Of a stretch of 64,000 nt of DNA, positions 1 to 12,160 are shown piece after piece. Location of the stretch: positions 8,124,001 to 8,188,000 of the forward strand of contig NC_045696.1 in assembly GCF_009834535.1 (NCBI RefSeq), written 5' to 3'. The notes under the pieces are model-generated. The model was not told the origin of the DNA. It saw nothing but the letters and a program-made list of their open reading frames with translations, and searched no databases. The translations under genes were made by a program, and so were the position numbers. Numbering within the stretch: position 1 is the stretch's first letter; each line of letters starts with the position of its first letter. This DNA comes from Camelus ferus (taxonomy: Eukaryota).

Positions 1-577
1 AACTAACGTGTTTCCAGTTGACACCCTGTAGAAAACGGCCCCTTAGACAATCCAAATATTTTTAGAGCATAAATTTGTTTCATGTTAGTTTCCAAGTCAG
101 AAAACAAAACAATATTTCTTTTTGATCTAAATCAATGGACGTTCTTCCTCTCCGTTCAGGTAGCTTTATTCTTTCTAGTAAAAAAAAAACTGCCACAACT
201 ATTTCTATATTAAGGAGATTAGTTTCCTTTGAGAAAATGAGCCAACAGCACAATTTTAACTAGGAAATACATTTACTCTCATTCCTAAATAGCTGTTGTA
301 CAGGGGTGACACCCAGTTCATCATCTGGTTTCATAACTTCAGCTCGGCCCACTTACAACTGGCTCAAAAGTTATAACCCTTTTAATTAAAAGGACATAAA
401 AGACATAAGAGATCACACCCGGCTACAGCTTCCTTGCTGAAACAAACACGGAAGGGGTGCTACATATTTATGTATAATACTCTTCGGTAAGTTTTGGTTT
501 CTACAAAGGCCGACAACACTCAGAAGAACGTAAGTAACAGCCAGCACTGAGCCATCTCTTTACAGCAAGGGACCCAC

Positions 578-680
578 CAGGGGGATAACGTCCAGAATGA
601 ACACGAGGAGGGTGCAGATCTCTGAGGCCGTCGGGGGAGGGCCGACGCTTCTCCCGAGAGCGTTTCTCTGCTTCATTGGT
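578..680 (-). CDS. DOP1B: DOP1B (DOPEY2) coding exon 12; gene continues beyond left edge
   Basis: cag|A CCA ATG AAG CAG...ATC CCC CTG|gtgggt; 103 nt; [34 protein letters not shown] resembles human DOP1B; phase fits exon 11. Confidence 0.9.
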
Positions 681-1704
681 CTGCGTGAGTCCCAGGAAAA
701 GAAAAACAAATCAACTCTCTTAAAATAATTTCAAGCATTTCCTATGATTCCCAATAACGTGACTTATTCTATTTCAATTCTATTTCAAATATAATGAAAG
801 AGCTCCTGTAGTACTAACAATTAAGCTTTGGTGCCTAAAACTATCGCACACATAAAAGAATCAGTAAGTGTCTCGAATCTGCTCAGCCACAAAAGGGGTT
901 CACGCTGAGTTGAAGTTCATCGAGTCAGATGAAGGTGGTCCCAGGCTCACGTGGAATGCCACACCGAGCAGAGCTGGAGCTGCCCACAGCAACGACCCCA
1001 AACCACAGGCATGTTCCGAGGGAGGGAGCCGGGCTCCGGGACAACACAGGACAGCTGTTTGACTTGCTGTAGGAGCAACCACAGGCAGCTCCCCAGGGTC
1101 ACCGTGAGCTCATCCACGTGAGGTGCTCGGAATTCTTCAGTTTCCTCAGAGAAGTGTAACTCCACCGGTCAGTTCCATTAGGAGCTGCTTATCTTATACT
1201 GAAAGTCAACACTTCCTTTTAAATAAGAAGGCAACTGGATAAATGAATTTAAAAGTATATACCGGTTCTTGAAACAGAATAATTTTGGATTCACCTAGCT
1301 ATCACAGTACAATTCAACTTGAGTTAATCTTCTTCGTTGTAAATTATTGCTTAGTTATCTCAGAGTTTATCTTGGTAAGAGAATGACTAAAAACCTGCAA
1401 CCACTACATCCCGGAGGTTCTGCTTATAGGTGTCGACTTTGAAGAAACCCGTGTGTCTGTGTGTAAAGAGACGGGGCAAGTGTGGTCACCACAGTACTAT
1501 GGACAACAGTGAAAACACTGGTTTATTTGCGCACTGGACTACCACACCTACGATGAATGAAAGATACACACTTGGCATAAAAACACAGACATCACGGGCA
1601 GGAGAGGGATTAATACTGGGATGAAAGGAGAGAAAAGTGCTGGGACGGTGGGCAGTTAGCTCTATTGGGGTAGCAACGTTTTATTCCTTTAAAAGAAAAA
1701 AATG

Positions 1705-1845
1705 TGAATAATAGCCTATAATGAAAAAGAATATGAAAAGGTATATATATATGTATGAAGGTATCACTATGTTATACCCAAGAAATTAATACAACACTGT
1801 ACACTGACTATATACTTCAACAAAAGATAAATAAGTAAATAAATA
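1705..1845 (+). mobile_element. Short L1 3'UTR-end fragment (artiodactyl type)
   Basis: cctataatgaaaaagaatatgaaaag...aacactgtacactgactatatacttcaa followed by an A-rich (TAAA)n tail. Confidence 0.6.
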
Positions 1846-2999
1846 ATGTAAATGTCCAAAAATAGAATAAATAAAAGAAAGACGTGAAAAACAACAATCA
1901 AGCGTCACCTGTAATTTCAGCGACAGGTGATATATGTCTGACATTATTTCCTCTCCTCTCTTACACCTGCAATGCTTCGTTAACTCTTTCTCTTTAAAGA
2001 AAGCACTCCTTGTAACTCTGAAATGGAGATAAGCTGACCAAATACCTTCCGGTCTCAGTATAACATGGCCCTGCTGTCCCCATGGATCCAATTACGATGA
2101 ATTTATTCATCACAGGTTTGAATGCATCCTGGGGCCTGGCACTAGAGACGGCAGAGCAGGAGCAGCTGGGACATCAGGCAGGCCTGGTTTTAATCTCAGC
2201 TGCTGCTAATTTGCTGTGCAGTATCACACAAGGTACTTCACGTCTCTGAGCTCCGGCTTTCTTACGTGATGGGAGCGCCTGCTTCTCCCGGGGGTGTCCA
2301 GGGGATGGCCCACGGCAAACATTAATAAGCAACGCTCTGATTACAGCTGCAGGTACCGAAGGCAGTGTGACAACACCAGGCATTGCAAAGGAGGTGACAA
2401 GAATGAGGTTTTAGAGCATGACCCACGGGGCAAAATGGGGTGTGAGAGATGACCTCAGTCCTCCTTTACAGGGAGAATCATGGGCATGGGCCCTGCGGGA
2501 AAGCCTGCCATCCTGAGTGCACCACCCCCTGCAATTCTGGGGTGGTGCAATTCGCCAGACTGAAAGTGGCAGTAAAGCTGACTGCAGCCGCTGAAGACAC
2601 GAATACTTTCAACCGACCAGGTATCCACGAATTTCAATAAGAATTTAAGAAAATTGATGATTTCAGAAACACTCTAGCCAATCCCAGGGCCACAAAACTA
2701 AACTTCTTTAATAGATCGGGCCTCCAAGGAAGCCCTGTGTGAAGAAAGCCGATTAGAAAACGCACAGAAGAGTTCCTAAAGTTTGCCTCTAATAAGGAAG
2801 CTTCAGAATTATGCGAATCTTCTAAATGGCAACGTTTTCAATACTCTTGTAATTTTAAACGAATTCTTTCCAATCGTGTCTTCAGCAGAGACCACTCAAC
2901 TTGAGCCAGTTAAGTATCGTCTGACCACAACAGCAGCTACAAAACCATGAAGCCCTCAGTTCCTTCCCACACCCTCACCGTCCTGAACCGGAAGCTTAC

Positions 3000-3119
3000 C
3001 TGAAGCAATTCTCAAAACACCTTGTCATGTAATCCCAGAGAAAGTCTGTGCTCAGGGAAGTGATCAGCAAATTCACCGTTTTAACAATCTCAGAGGCGTG
3101 TCTGTTTTCTTTTATTGCA
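3000..3119 (-). CDS. DOP1B: DOP1B coding exon 11
   Basis: cag|T GCA ATA AAA GAA...TGC TTC AG|gtaag; 120 nt; [39 protein letters not shown]. Confidence 0.95.
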
Positions 3120-4631
3120 CTGTAAGGGAAGAGGGATATTTATAAACGCATCTAGGAAAACCCCTGTATGACAAGAATGCCATGTCTGAAAAACTAATTC
3201 ATTTTACCACTTACAACTTATTTCTAGAGAGATTGGCAAACTCAGTTACAGATTAAAATGTATCTGTTCTTACGCAGGGAAGAGTATGCACTGTGCTGTC
3301 CTAAACGGTATTTACACTGATACATTCTCTCAGAAGTAAGCTTAAGAGCTCCTGGAAAAAGGATGTGACATGGAAAACCAGTTTAGTCCAACTACAGGTA
3401 ATTACATACTCCACTTGTGAAATAATATAGTAGAGCCATTTAGGAGGGAAATTTGGCTAACATTTAAATGTGCATCGTCTTTGACTCAGGGAATTTATTC
3501 CAGGGATTTATCCTACAGAAATTCTTGCAGAGGCACACAAAGATGTAGGCATAAGGCTATCACTGCAACGCCATTTTAAAATACTGAAAGTGGAAACCAC
3601 CCAAAAGTCAATCAATAAGAGACTGGTCAGTCAGGATTTCTTACAGAAGTGATAAAGCCTTACTGAGGAATCTAAGGCAACTTCATGTTCATAGGAGAAG
3701 AGAGCAGAGCCATTTACACCTTGCTTTAAAAAAAAAAAAAAAGGCAACTAAACAGTTATTGTAATTCCATCTTAAAAATGAAAGATAAGCATCTATGTAC
3801 TTATGCATTGAAAGTCTGGAAAGAAATGCAAATGTTTTACGTTGTGCTCTGAAGAGCGGTGGGATTATGGACGGTATCTATTTTTCTTGATACCTTCAAA
3901 TATTGGTATATTCTACAACGAACAGGTATTCCTCTCGTGCCCAGAAAAACAATAAACTACTCTCATTCTGGGAGAAAAAGCAAACACTAAAAACTCTTGG
4001 CACACTTACAATGAATAAATGAGAAAAAACTTCTAATTGTTTAAAATTTTCAACATACCCAATGCCAATTCAGGGAGAAGGAAATTATATCAAGAGTAAA
4101 AGTAAAAGGGAAGAGGCTGTACTACCTTAAAAAGAACAAAAGCAGAACAAAACACAGGGTTGATGGATAACCTGTCTGCTGTCTTCCAAACCCCACTCAC
4201 CCTGCCTCCAGGGTCATAGGGCATGTGCCCTTGGGGAGCCCTCACCTGCTCCGCCTCTTCTGACGGGTCTCCCTGAAGGCTGGTGCCCACAGGCTCCACT
4301 CCCTGCCCTGATCTCCGCCTGCCCTCCTCCCTGTAACTGGCCGTTTGGATACACTAGACCAGGCTGCCGCTGTTGAATCACTTTTCACACTTGATCAATA
4401 AACACGGTTTATACTTCCCGGGCTGGGGCAGAGACAAGATCAAACTCCTTTTAAACTCTTCACAGTATTCAACAGGAAAAAGTCAATTCGCGCTGATCGA
4501 TTTCAGAGCACAGGCCTGACCTGCTACACCTCCACTTTCTGAGGCACTTCACGGTTTACAGTAAACAGAGGGAAAAACAGTATGGCTTTAGGGAGGAAGG
4601 AAAAGAGGGAAGTTAGAAGCCAAGCCCATAC

Positions 4632-4752
4632 CTTGTCAGGGAATTTCCACTCTGAGTGTAGCTAAGTTTAAGATCAGAGCCAAGAGCATCTCTGCAGTAA
4701 GAATAAAAGGCCCGGATGACTTCCAGAAACAAATCCCCAACCACCTGAGGCC
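4632..4752 (-). CDS. DOP1B: DOP1B coding exon 10
   Basis: cag|GG CCT CAG GTG...ACA AG|gtatgg; 121 nt; [39 protein letters not shown]. Confidence 0.95.
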
Positions 4753-5905
4753 CTGCAATGAAGAAGAAAATGGCCAGAGAAAGATGAACAGTCCACTTTT
4801 AAACCCATAAATGACATACGTATAAAACATACCGTGAGCAACCCTATGGACAATTGACGCAGTCTCATACAGAAACTTTAGGAGTGACAATGACACCTTC
4901 AGCTGGGGAATAACACTGGTGAAACAGTTTCCACTGACACTTCTGTAGGCCTTACCACATGCTGGACACCATTCTAAGTATTTTAAAACTACTAACTTAT
5001 TTAATCCTCGGGACAGCCATTTAACCAGGTATTGTTCTGCTGCCCTGATTACAGGTAAGAGGACTGGGGCTGGGAGGCTGAGCGGCTGGCCCAAGGCGGG
5101 CTCTGCTGGGCCGAGGCAGGGAGTGTCACATGTTTTAAGAGTGTATAAACTGCAGGGCCAGAGAGTTCACTCAATATAAACACCAAGACAGCAGGGTAAC
5201 CTTCCCTATTCTGAATTCTTTTAATGATGAGTTAAAACAACACAAAAGAAACACCACCAACCCTGAAAAGCTTAAGGTGGCTCAAAAGAACTGGACCAGC
5301 TGCCAATGAGGCGGGCAGAAGGCGGCTGGACATTTCTGCTCCACAGACCTCAACCAGCAGGAAGGGAGTGACCTCCCACCCCTGTACACAGAGGAATGAA
5401 CACAGGATGATTCAGAGAAAACAAAAGGTCTGTCAACACATCTGTGTAAAAAGGAATCAGCAAATAATCGAATCTCTTATGCTTCCGTTTCGTTGCCTCT
5501 GGTTCACGACAAGCCCCAGCAGAAGCGTGCCGAGTGTTTTTCAGTAGTGAAGGCAAGCTCGTGGTTGAGATTCAAGGAGAAGAAATGAGGAAGTGGCTAA
5601 AGCCTGCTAGGAAAAGAACAGATGAGACTGACTGGCCGTCCTGCCCCTCTGGTCTCTATTATCAATCTGGAGCTCAAAGGCTATTTTCCTAACAGGAACG
5701 TTCAGGTTACTGCACAAAACTTTTAAGTGGTGCCCGGACAATGACAAGTGAACCTCACATCACGACTCCAGTACTGCACGGTTCTGAGGTTCCAAAGATT
5801 AAATCATATTCTAAACAACATGTCGATTGTATCTCATGGAGTTTTAATCCCCCAAAACAGGTGGTCCGTCTTTGGCATCTGATGGCAAAGCGCATCTAAT
5901 GTTAC

Positions 5906-6020
5906 CTATTTCCGGCTTGTCGAGCAGGCTGATGAGGATGCGGAAAGGCTTCAGGTACGCGTGATGGCGTTCCTCTGCGTCAGCATCCGGGAGCTTCTGG
6001 TGCAGTATCTCAGCCAGCCC
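5906..6020 (-). CDS. DOP1B: DOP1B coding exon 9
   Basis: cag|GGG CTG GCT GAG...GAA ATA G|gtaac; 115 nt; [38 protein letters not shown]. Confidence 0.93.
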
Positions 6021-6145
6021 CTGTCGTTGTTTTTTAAGCCACGTATCAGGGTATTATATAAAGCACAGTATCACATTATCAGTTGTTTCAATTCTTAAAT
6101 ACTCTGGGACAGAAGTAAAAGCAGTCACAGACCACGAAATGAGAA

Positions 6146-6490
6146 CAGTTGGCATTCTGTATTTGGGGCTCCATGTCCACGGAGTCAAACAACCACAGAT
6201 CGAAAATATTTGGGAAAAAAAGATTCCAGAACATTTCCAAAAGCAAAACTTGAATTTGCCATGCACTGGCAACTACTTGCATAGCATTTACACTGTACTA
6301 GGTTCTGTAAGTAGTCTAGAGGGGATTTGCAGTATGTGGGAGGAGGTCTGTAAGTTATATGCAAATACTCGGCCATGTTGCACACATGAGGGATTTGAGC
6401 ATCTGGGGATTCTGGTATCCACGGGGGTCCAGGGAGGGTAATGGAACCAATCCCCCTCCATACATGGAATTTTCCCCACCATGTACCAAG
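6146..6490 (-). mobile_element. MER2-like non-autonomous Tigger DNA transposon relic
   Basis: Diagnostic segments tagcatttacactgtactaggttctgtaagtagtctagag...gttatatgcaaatact...gggatttgagcatc...ggaaccaatcccc. Confidence 0.7.
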
Positions 6491-6594
6491 GAACAGCCCC
6501 AAAATCTTCTCTGCAGCCCCACAAGGAACTCCACTGAAGAACCCTGATCAGGAATGTCCTAATTGGGGTCTACTTTCCAGAAATGCTCCTTTAC

Positions 6595-6704
6595 CTCAAC
6601 TAAAAGATCCTTCGAATATTTTTCAAAGAAATACAAGGACTGGTCTTCATAAGAATTTGAGGTTTCAGATTCTGGCACAACAGTATTTCCTTTAATATCT
6701 GAAC
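6595..6704 (-). CDS. DOP1B: DOP1B coding exon 8
   Basis: tag|GT TCA GAT ATT...GTT GAG|gtaaag; 110 nt; [36 protein letters not shown] (inside ORF 6559..6900). Confidence 0.95.
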
Positions 6705-7429
6705 CTATAAAAGAATAAGCACCATGAGTTGTGAAGAGATCTACACCCTTAAAGTACATTGTATCGTGCAGAGGGCTCACACTCTGACATTCTGAAAAAC
6801 AGAATTCCTCCAACAGAAAAATCAAAATCTGATCCAGCAAAACCAAGTCACATTTTCTTCTGACAGAGGTGTGCCAGGCATTGGACAGGCAGAATTCCAT
6901 CTCAACACGGATCAGTTGAGTTTATCCCAAGAACTCATTCTAATTGTCCTTGACAAGTATAATTATAGGGGGTCTAACGGAATGAGTATCATTTTTTAAA
7001 ACCAGTGTTTATTCGTACGGCATTATGTGAAATCGGTATTCTCATCTACATGCCCTCATTTTGCACCTTGGGTAAGTCTTTAAGGTCCTCTGGGGCAAGG
7101 AACGGCATCTTTCTAAACAGACAGCCTGGACTCCTGGGGTCGGGGCTGAGCAAGTTGGAGCTGGGGCTGAACTTGGGTCCCGGGTCCTCTTTGTCCACAG
7201 CAAGTCGAGACCCACCGGGAGGGAGGTATGCATTTAACAAAATCATCCTTTTAACAAAAGTGCTTAAAGAGCCTGTAAATACCCTTCAGGAAATCCATTA
7301 TCAGTTTCTATGCTATGACTTCTGAAAGTTTTATAACTAGGGGAAGAAAGGGTAAAGAGGACTTTCTGACATTGGGATAGAAGACCTATTATGTTGAGGG
7401 TTTAAAAAAAAAAAGTTGTGAAGCAGAAA

Positions 7430-7735
7430 ATAGTCCGTGTGGCGCGATGACAGTGGACACACATCCTTATACGTTTGTCTAAGCCCAGGAAATGCACAAC
7501 ACTGACTAGAACCCTAATGAAAATGGTGGGCTGTGGGTAATGAGGATGCACTGGTGTAGGCCCACAGTTGTAGTAAACATGCCACTCTGGTGGGGGACAC
7601 TGATGATGGAGGAGGGGAGGCTGGACATGTGGGGGACGAGGGGTAAACGGGGCATCTCTGTACCTTCTCTTAGCTTTACTGTGATCCTAAAACTGCTCTA
7701 AAAAATACATATAAAGTCTTAAAAAAAAAAAAAAG
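7430..7735 (+). mobile_element. Old L1 (L1MC-like) 3' end fragment
   Basis: acacatccttatacgtttgtc...accctaatg...ccactctggtggggga...tctctgtaccttc...ctaaaactgctctaaaaaata plus poly(A). Confidence 0.6.
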
Positions 7736-8393
7736 GCTATGGAGTCTGTTCGCCATCGCCCTGTGCACCACCTTCTCTTAGGCACGTGAACATGGGAATT
7801 TATAAAATTCAGAAAGAATTCAGAAAATTCAGAAAGTAAGCCCTGTGATTGCCTGGGCTCTGTCCCCATGAAGCCTTCCAACCAACAGCCAAGGGTTCTT
7901 TCCCTACAGGTTTACAGGCTCCACGAGAACACACGTGCAGAGAAACATGGAACAGGGCTCCCGCGCCCCGCCAAAGGCATCCCAGGATCTCCCCAAACGT
8001 GCCGATGAGACAGACGCTCCCATCCACACAGGACCTCCACGTTTACGCGCTTTTCTCACACGCACTCTCAGCCCATGAAACTTCTCCACAGCAACAGGCT
8101 TCTATTTGAATAATGTCTAGTTACCATCATTCTAGGGTATTTCAAGCTTCTTAAAATGGAATTCAGTTAACATTTAAAACTCCCGTCCCTCCCCTATGTT
8201 TTACGGAATGGCTACAAACAAGCAAAGCTGTGGCGTGGGGAGGACTCAGCTGACCAGCGTCCATTCGGTCACCGCGTTCTCTCGCCATACTTCGTGATTC
8301 AGGAATGTATCACCGATACTGAAACTTAGTCCACGATCAGCACTCAGAGCTTTCACATTAACCTAGACTTTCTACCACTGCATCACTCAGTAC

Positions 8394-8517
8394 CTAGTAA
8401 CCAGGCGTACAGCCTTCTGTTCAGAGACATGTCTCTCCTCAGGAGGGTCTGCGCGGCGGCTGAGAGGATGTGGACGACGTCGGATCTGAGCAGGGGAACG
8501 GCTCTCTCGTTGGAATC
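8394..8517 (-). CDS. DOP1B: DOP1B coding exon 7
   Basis: tag|GAT TCC AAC GAG...TTA CTA G|gtactg; 124 nt; [41 protein letters not shown] contains the Dopey [10 protein letters not shown] motif. Confidence 0.96.
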
Positions 8518-8862
8518 CTATGAGGAGGACACAGAGAACTTCGCTGCAGGGAGATGACACGGTAAGTTACTGACCTCCGGACACGCAGCCCTCCTTACCA
8601 CGGTCTACAAAGCTTATCTTAAAGAGGGAGTTCTCAAAAGCAGTTGGTTCTTCCCGCACTGCCCAGGGAAAGAAGCTATTCAATTTATGCTGTGGAAACA
8701 CCATCCTCACAAAAATGAACAAGGACCTTTAATCCACTGAGAGTGAACAGTGATCCCTGAGGGGCCACCCTCCCACTCAGGACAAGACCAGTCGGACCTA
8801 TGCCGCTGCCCCACATCCTCGGGTAGGGCCAGCGACTCCCCTGGAAGAACACAAACGCTTAC

Positions 8863-8961
8863 CAGACAGGCATAGAATGGGAAGAAGAACAGAACAACTT
8901 CCAGGTTATTTCTTTGCACCAGAACGTTTGAGTCCAACAGTGATGCACATAAGGACTTCAC
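8863..8961 (-). CDS. DOP1B: DOP1B coding exon 6
   Basis: cag|GTG AAG TCC...TGT CTG|gtaag; 99 nt; [33 protein letters not shown]. Confidence 0.96.
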
Positions 8962-10086
8962 CTGTAGACAACAAAACACCGTGAACATTTCATTCCCAAG
9001 ACATTGAACACCACGTGCTGGCTCCTGTTTTTTTCTCCAGGGAGTCTTGAAACCACTGTGTTAACTCACGTGGAACAGAACATAAAGTATAAACATGGGA
9101 GACTTGGTTCTAGCCCCAGACGCTAGGGGGGCTTTGAGATACCAGGAAGATGGACCGCTTGTTTCTCCTGAGTGCTGGAGGGGTTTGGACCAGATGGTCA
9201 GGTTCTAAGACGTCAAATTCTCTGATCCCAGAAAGGAAAGTCTTAAGGTTCCAACAGGAACTTACAGCTAAACTAAAGCTCCAAAGACGTTCAGTCATAT
9301 GGATTCCAAACCAATTCAGTACACACTCTGAGTGTCTTTTCTGAGTGCATACAGACGTAGTACAGCTGCAAAATGGATGAGAGTCATAAGAAAAATGCGC
9401 ACCAAAAGCTCTAAGAATTCGGAAGAGGAAAGGGAGCGTTCTTTCAGCTGGAGAAAACAGCGAAGCTTTGGGGGAAAGCTGAACTTGAAAGACGAGGAGG
9501 AGATACACCGAGACAACAGAGAAGAGGGCTGGGCAGGGAGCGTGGGAGAGGGGACTGGCCGGAGCAAAGACAGCATCACAGATGCGCCAGGGGAGGCCAG
9601 GCAGCCAGCTCCGGGAGCGCAGAGCCCTGAAGGGGGGAACAGAGGCATCCAGTGGGTTGGGAGCAGGTTGTTAGGATACTATTGAGGTTGGACTTGGTCT
9701 GAAGGCCAACAGGAAGCCAGGTGTTTTTCAAGCACAGAACAGATCTGAGCAAAGCTATACAAGGCAAATCTCTTAGCAGTCGGAAAGGAAAGGGGGAGAA
9801 ATCGGTTAGAAAATCACTTGATCAGTTGCCCAGAAGGAAGACCCAAGAAGCTGAAGCAGGGCGGTGCAAACAGAGAGAGACGGGCTGGGAAGAAGGGAAC
9901 GCATTTATGAGAGTCTCCTATGTCCTAAGCGTTGCTCGTGGTCCTTTTCCTCACTCTTTTCCTCCGAGAGCCCCGTGAGGAAGAGCTACTATTCCCACTT
10001 GCAGAGGAATGGACTCAAGTTGTTTTTGCCAACTTTCTTAAGGATGAACTCAGCTTTGAACATTTTAAGTTTGAAGTGTGGGCCCA

Positions 10087-10100
10087 CCACTAGGTGGCGA
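10087..10100 (+). promoter_or_regulatory. Candidate CTCF site in DOP1B intron 5
   Basis: CCACTAGGTGGCGA closely matches the CTCF core CCASYAGRKGGCRS. Confidence 0.5.
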
Positions 10101-10648
10101 TAGACTGCAGGCTATTAAACAATCTGTTAAGCTTCAGGAGAAGGCAGGTCTGGGAAATGCCCATCTCTCAAGGTCATGGGAAGGCATGTTGCTGCCAGCC
10201 AAGAGGGACCTGGGGCAGATGCCCCGACAATCCAGGTGTAAGAGCAGCCAGAGGAGAGGGTGATGGCAAAAGCAGGACCGGACAGAGTCTGGAGGAGAAG
10301 GAGGGGGCCTCCAGTGTGGGCAGTGGGCAGTGTGCCGGGGAGGCGGGGACAGGGGCAGAAACAAGCCTGCAGCCCAGCAGCAGGCCTGGTGCGAGGTTCT
10401 CCAGGTACCGTGACAGCCCCGTATCGCTGAAGCTGCAGGGCCCTGGGAAGGGCCGTCCTCAGGTGAACAACACTCATCTGAATACACCAACTGTGATGCG
10501 TATGATAGAAACTGACACTGCCATCCCTGGTGGCACACGGATGCTGCCTCCTTGCTGGCCCCATCTCGGGGCGCCACCACCTCCCGCAGCCCCCTGCAGC
10601 CCAGTGGCGCCCTGTGGGGAAGCGGGCCTGCCCGCCGCACCCACCCAC

Positions 10649-10838
10649 CGTGAGCTGGTAGTCTGTCCCCAGCATGTACTTCTGCTCCCTGCCGGGCGAG
10701 CCCCTGCTGATGTGGCCCACCATGAAGAGCGAGGCAGGCAGGCGGATGGACGGGCTGGCCAGGACGCTCCCCCAGAGGGCGGCGTAGAACACCTCCTTGC
10801 CGACCACCAGGGACAGCCTCAGGAGTAGGGCGTCTGTT
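10649..10838 (-). CDS. DOP1B: DOP1B coding exon 5
   Basis: cag|A ACA GAC GCC...CTC ACG|gtgggt; 190 nt; [63 protein letters not shown]. Confidence 0.96.
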
Positions 10839-12160
10839 CTGCGGACGAGAGAGCACAGGTTAGGGCTCGCTGCCCCTGGGCCCTGGAGACACCAGCTTCC
10901 TTGTCATTTTGAGCTGCTGCCACCTGTCTTCCTTCTGTGTCTGTCCTGCTGGCAGCCACTGCAACTGAACTTGCTAAAACAAATGTCACCGAGAGGTGCA
11001 GCTTCTCCACCAAGAGGCAGCGCCTGCCTGGTCCTGTCACCCACTGCGGCACAGAGACCCACCTCCGCCTTTGGCCTGGCTGTGGACGCCACGGTACTTA
11101 CAGGAGGCAGTCCCATTGCACAGATCATCCACGTTACATAAAAGCATGAAGAGTCATTAAGGTGTCAAAAAAAAAAAATAAAAGGCTGATGTGACTGGAG
11201 ACGTAAATAAAGAGAAAGATACCCCTCACTTGAGCACAGCCGAAAATGTGCCAAGTGACAGTGGACCTCAGAAGCACTGGGGACAAAATCCGCCTGGCCT
11301 CCCACTCCAAGGCACGTCCACAAAGCCTGGGGAAGTGTTTCCCTGTCACTCTGCCCACAGCACCTCTGTGCACTGGCTCCCACTCTGGGAGGCCCTTCTG
11401 CTGACAACCTGCATTTATTCATCCCTTATCTTCTGGTTGCCCAGACGTGACATCAGCAACTTCATGGACGTCCTCTAAGAGGAGCAGGGGCATCGGGGGG
11501 TCTCAGCTTGTGTCCCGCTGACACTGACCAAAGCCTGGTCCTTCTCTGCTCGGGGTGCACCTGCAGCTGACGGGGCATTTTCCTGCCAACTGTGAAACCA
11601 AAGCTTGAGGGCCGGGTGACAGCACCTGTCAATAAAACAAGGGAGGCAAACTCCCAAGGCGGGCTGTCACTTAAGGAGTGACCTGGCTCAAAATCTGCAG
11701 TGACTCCGTTTTTCACATGCTTCCTATTTGCAAAGACGATAGAGAAGAATTACAGGAAGACAAGCCCAGTGCAGTGCACAGGGCTCTGGGGTCAGGCCCC
11801 TGGCATCCAAATCCTGTATCTCCTTCCCAGCAGTGGTGCCGAGGACAAGTTAAACCTCTGTGCGTGTTGGCATCCAGCTCTGGTAAGGAAAAGAGATGAA
11901 ATGTCGTGAGATGCATGACAGTCTCTGAGTACAAACTCAGCCCAGGAGAAGAGAGCTGGTGCTGGGACCACACAGCCCACCATCCCCACAAGGTCCGCTA
12001 CGTTGGCTGACACTCCCGGGTGTCCAGATGGGTGTCTGACACTCAGCTGGTACTTGAAAAAAACGGTCAGATGAACGTCACTCTTTCTCTTTTATTATCA
12101 CTCAAACTGTCTTTAGCTTACTTTTTAAATAATCAGTTCAGTGTATATTAAAACACTGCA

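Noticed and set aside
4639..4648. GGGAATTTCC kB consensus (another at about 16903)
   Set aside because: One lies in a coding exon and the other is isolated in an intron; expected by chance in 64 kb.
7803..7836. Three copies of AATTCAGAAA
   Set aside because: Short slippage-type repeat with no spacers; not CRISPR-like.
10094..10856. Three overlapping ORFs of 226-244 aa
   Set aside because: GC-rich stop-poor DNA around DOP1B exon 5; only the 190-nt exon has recognisable protein sequence.
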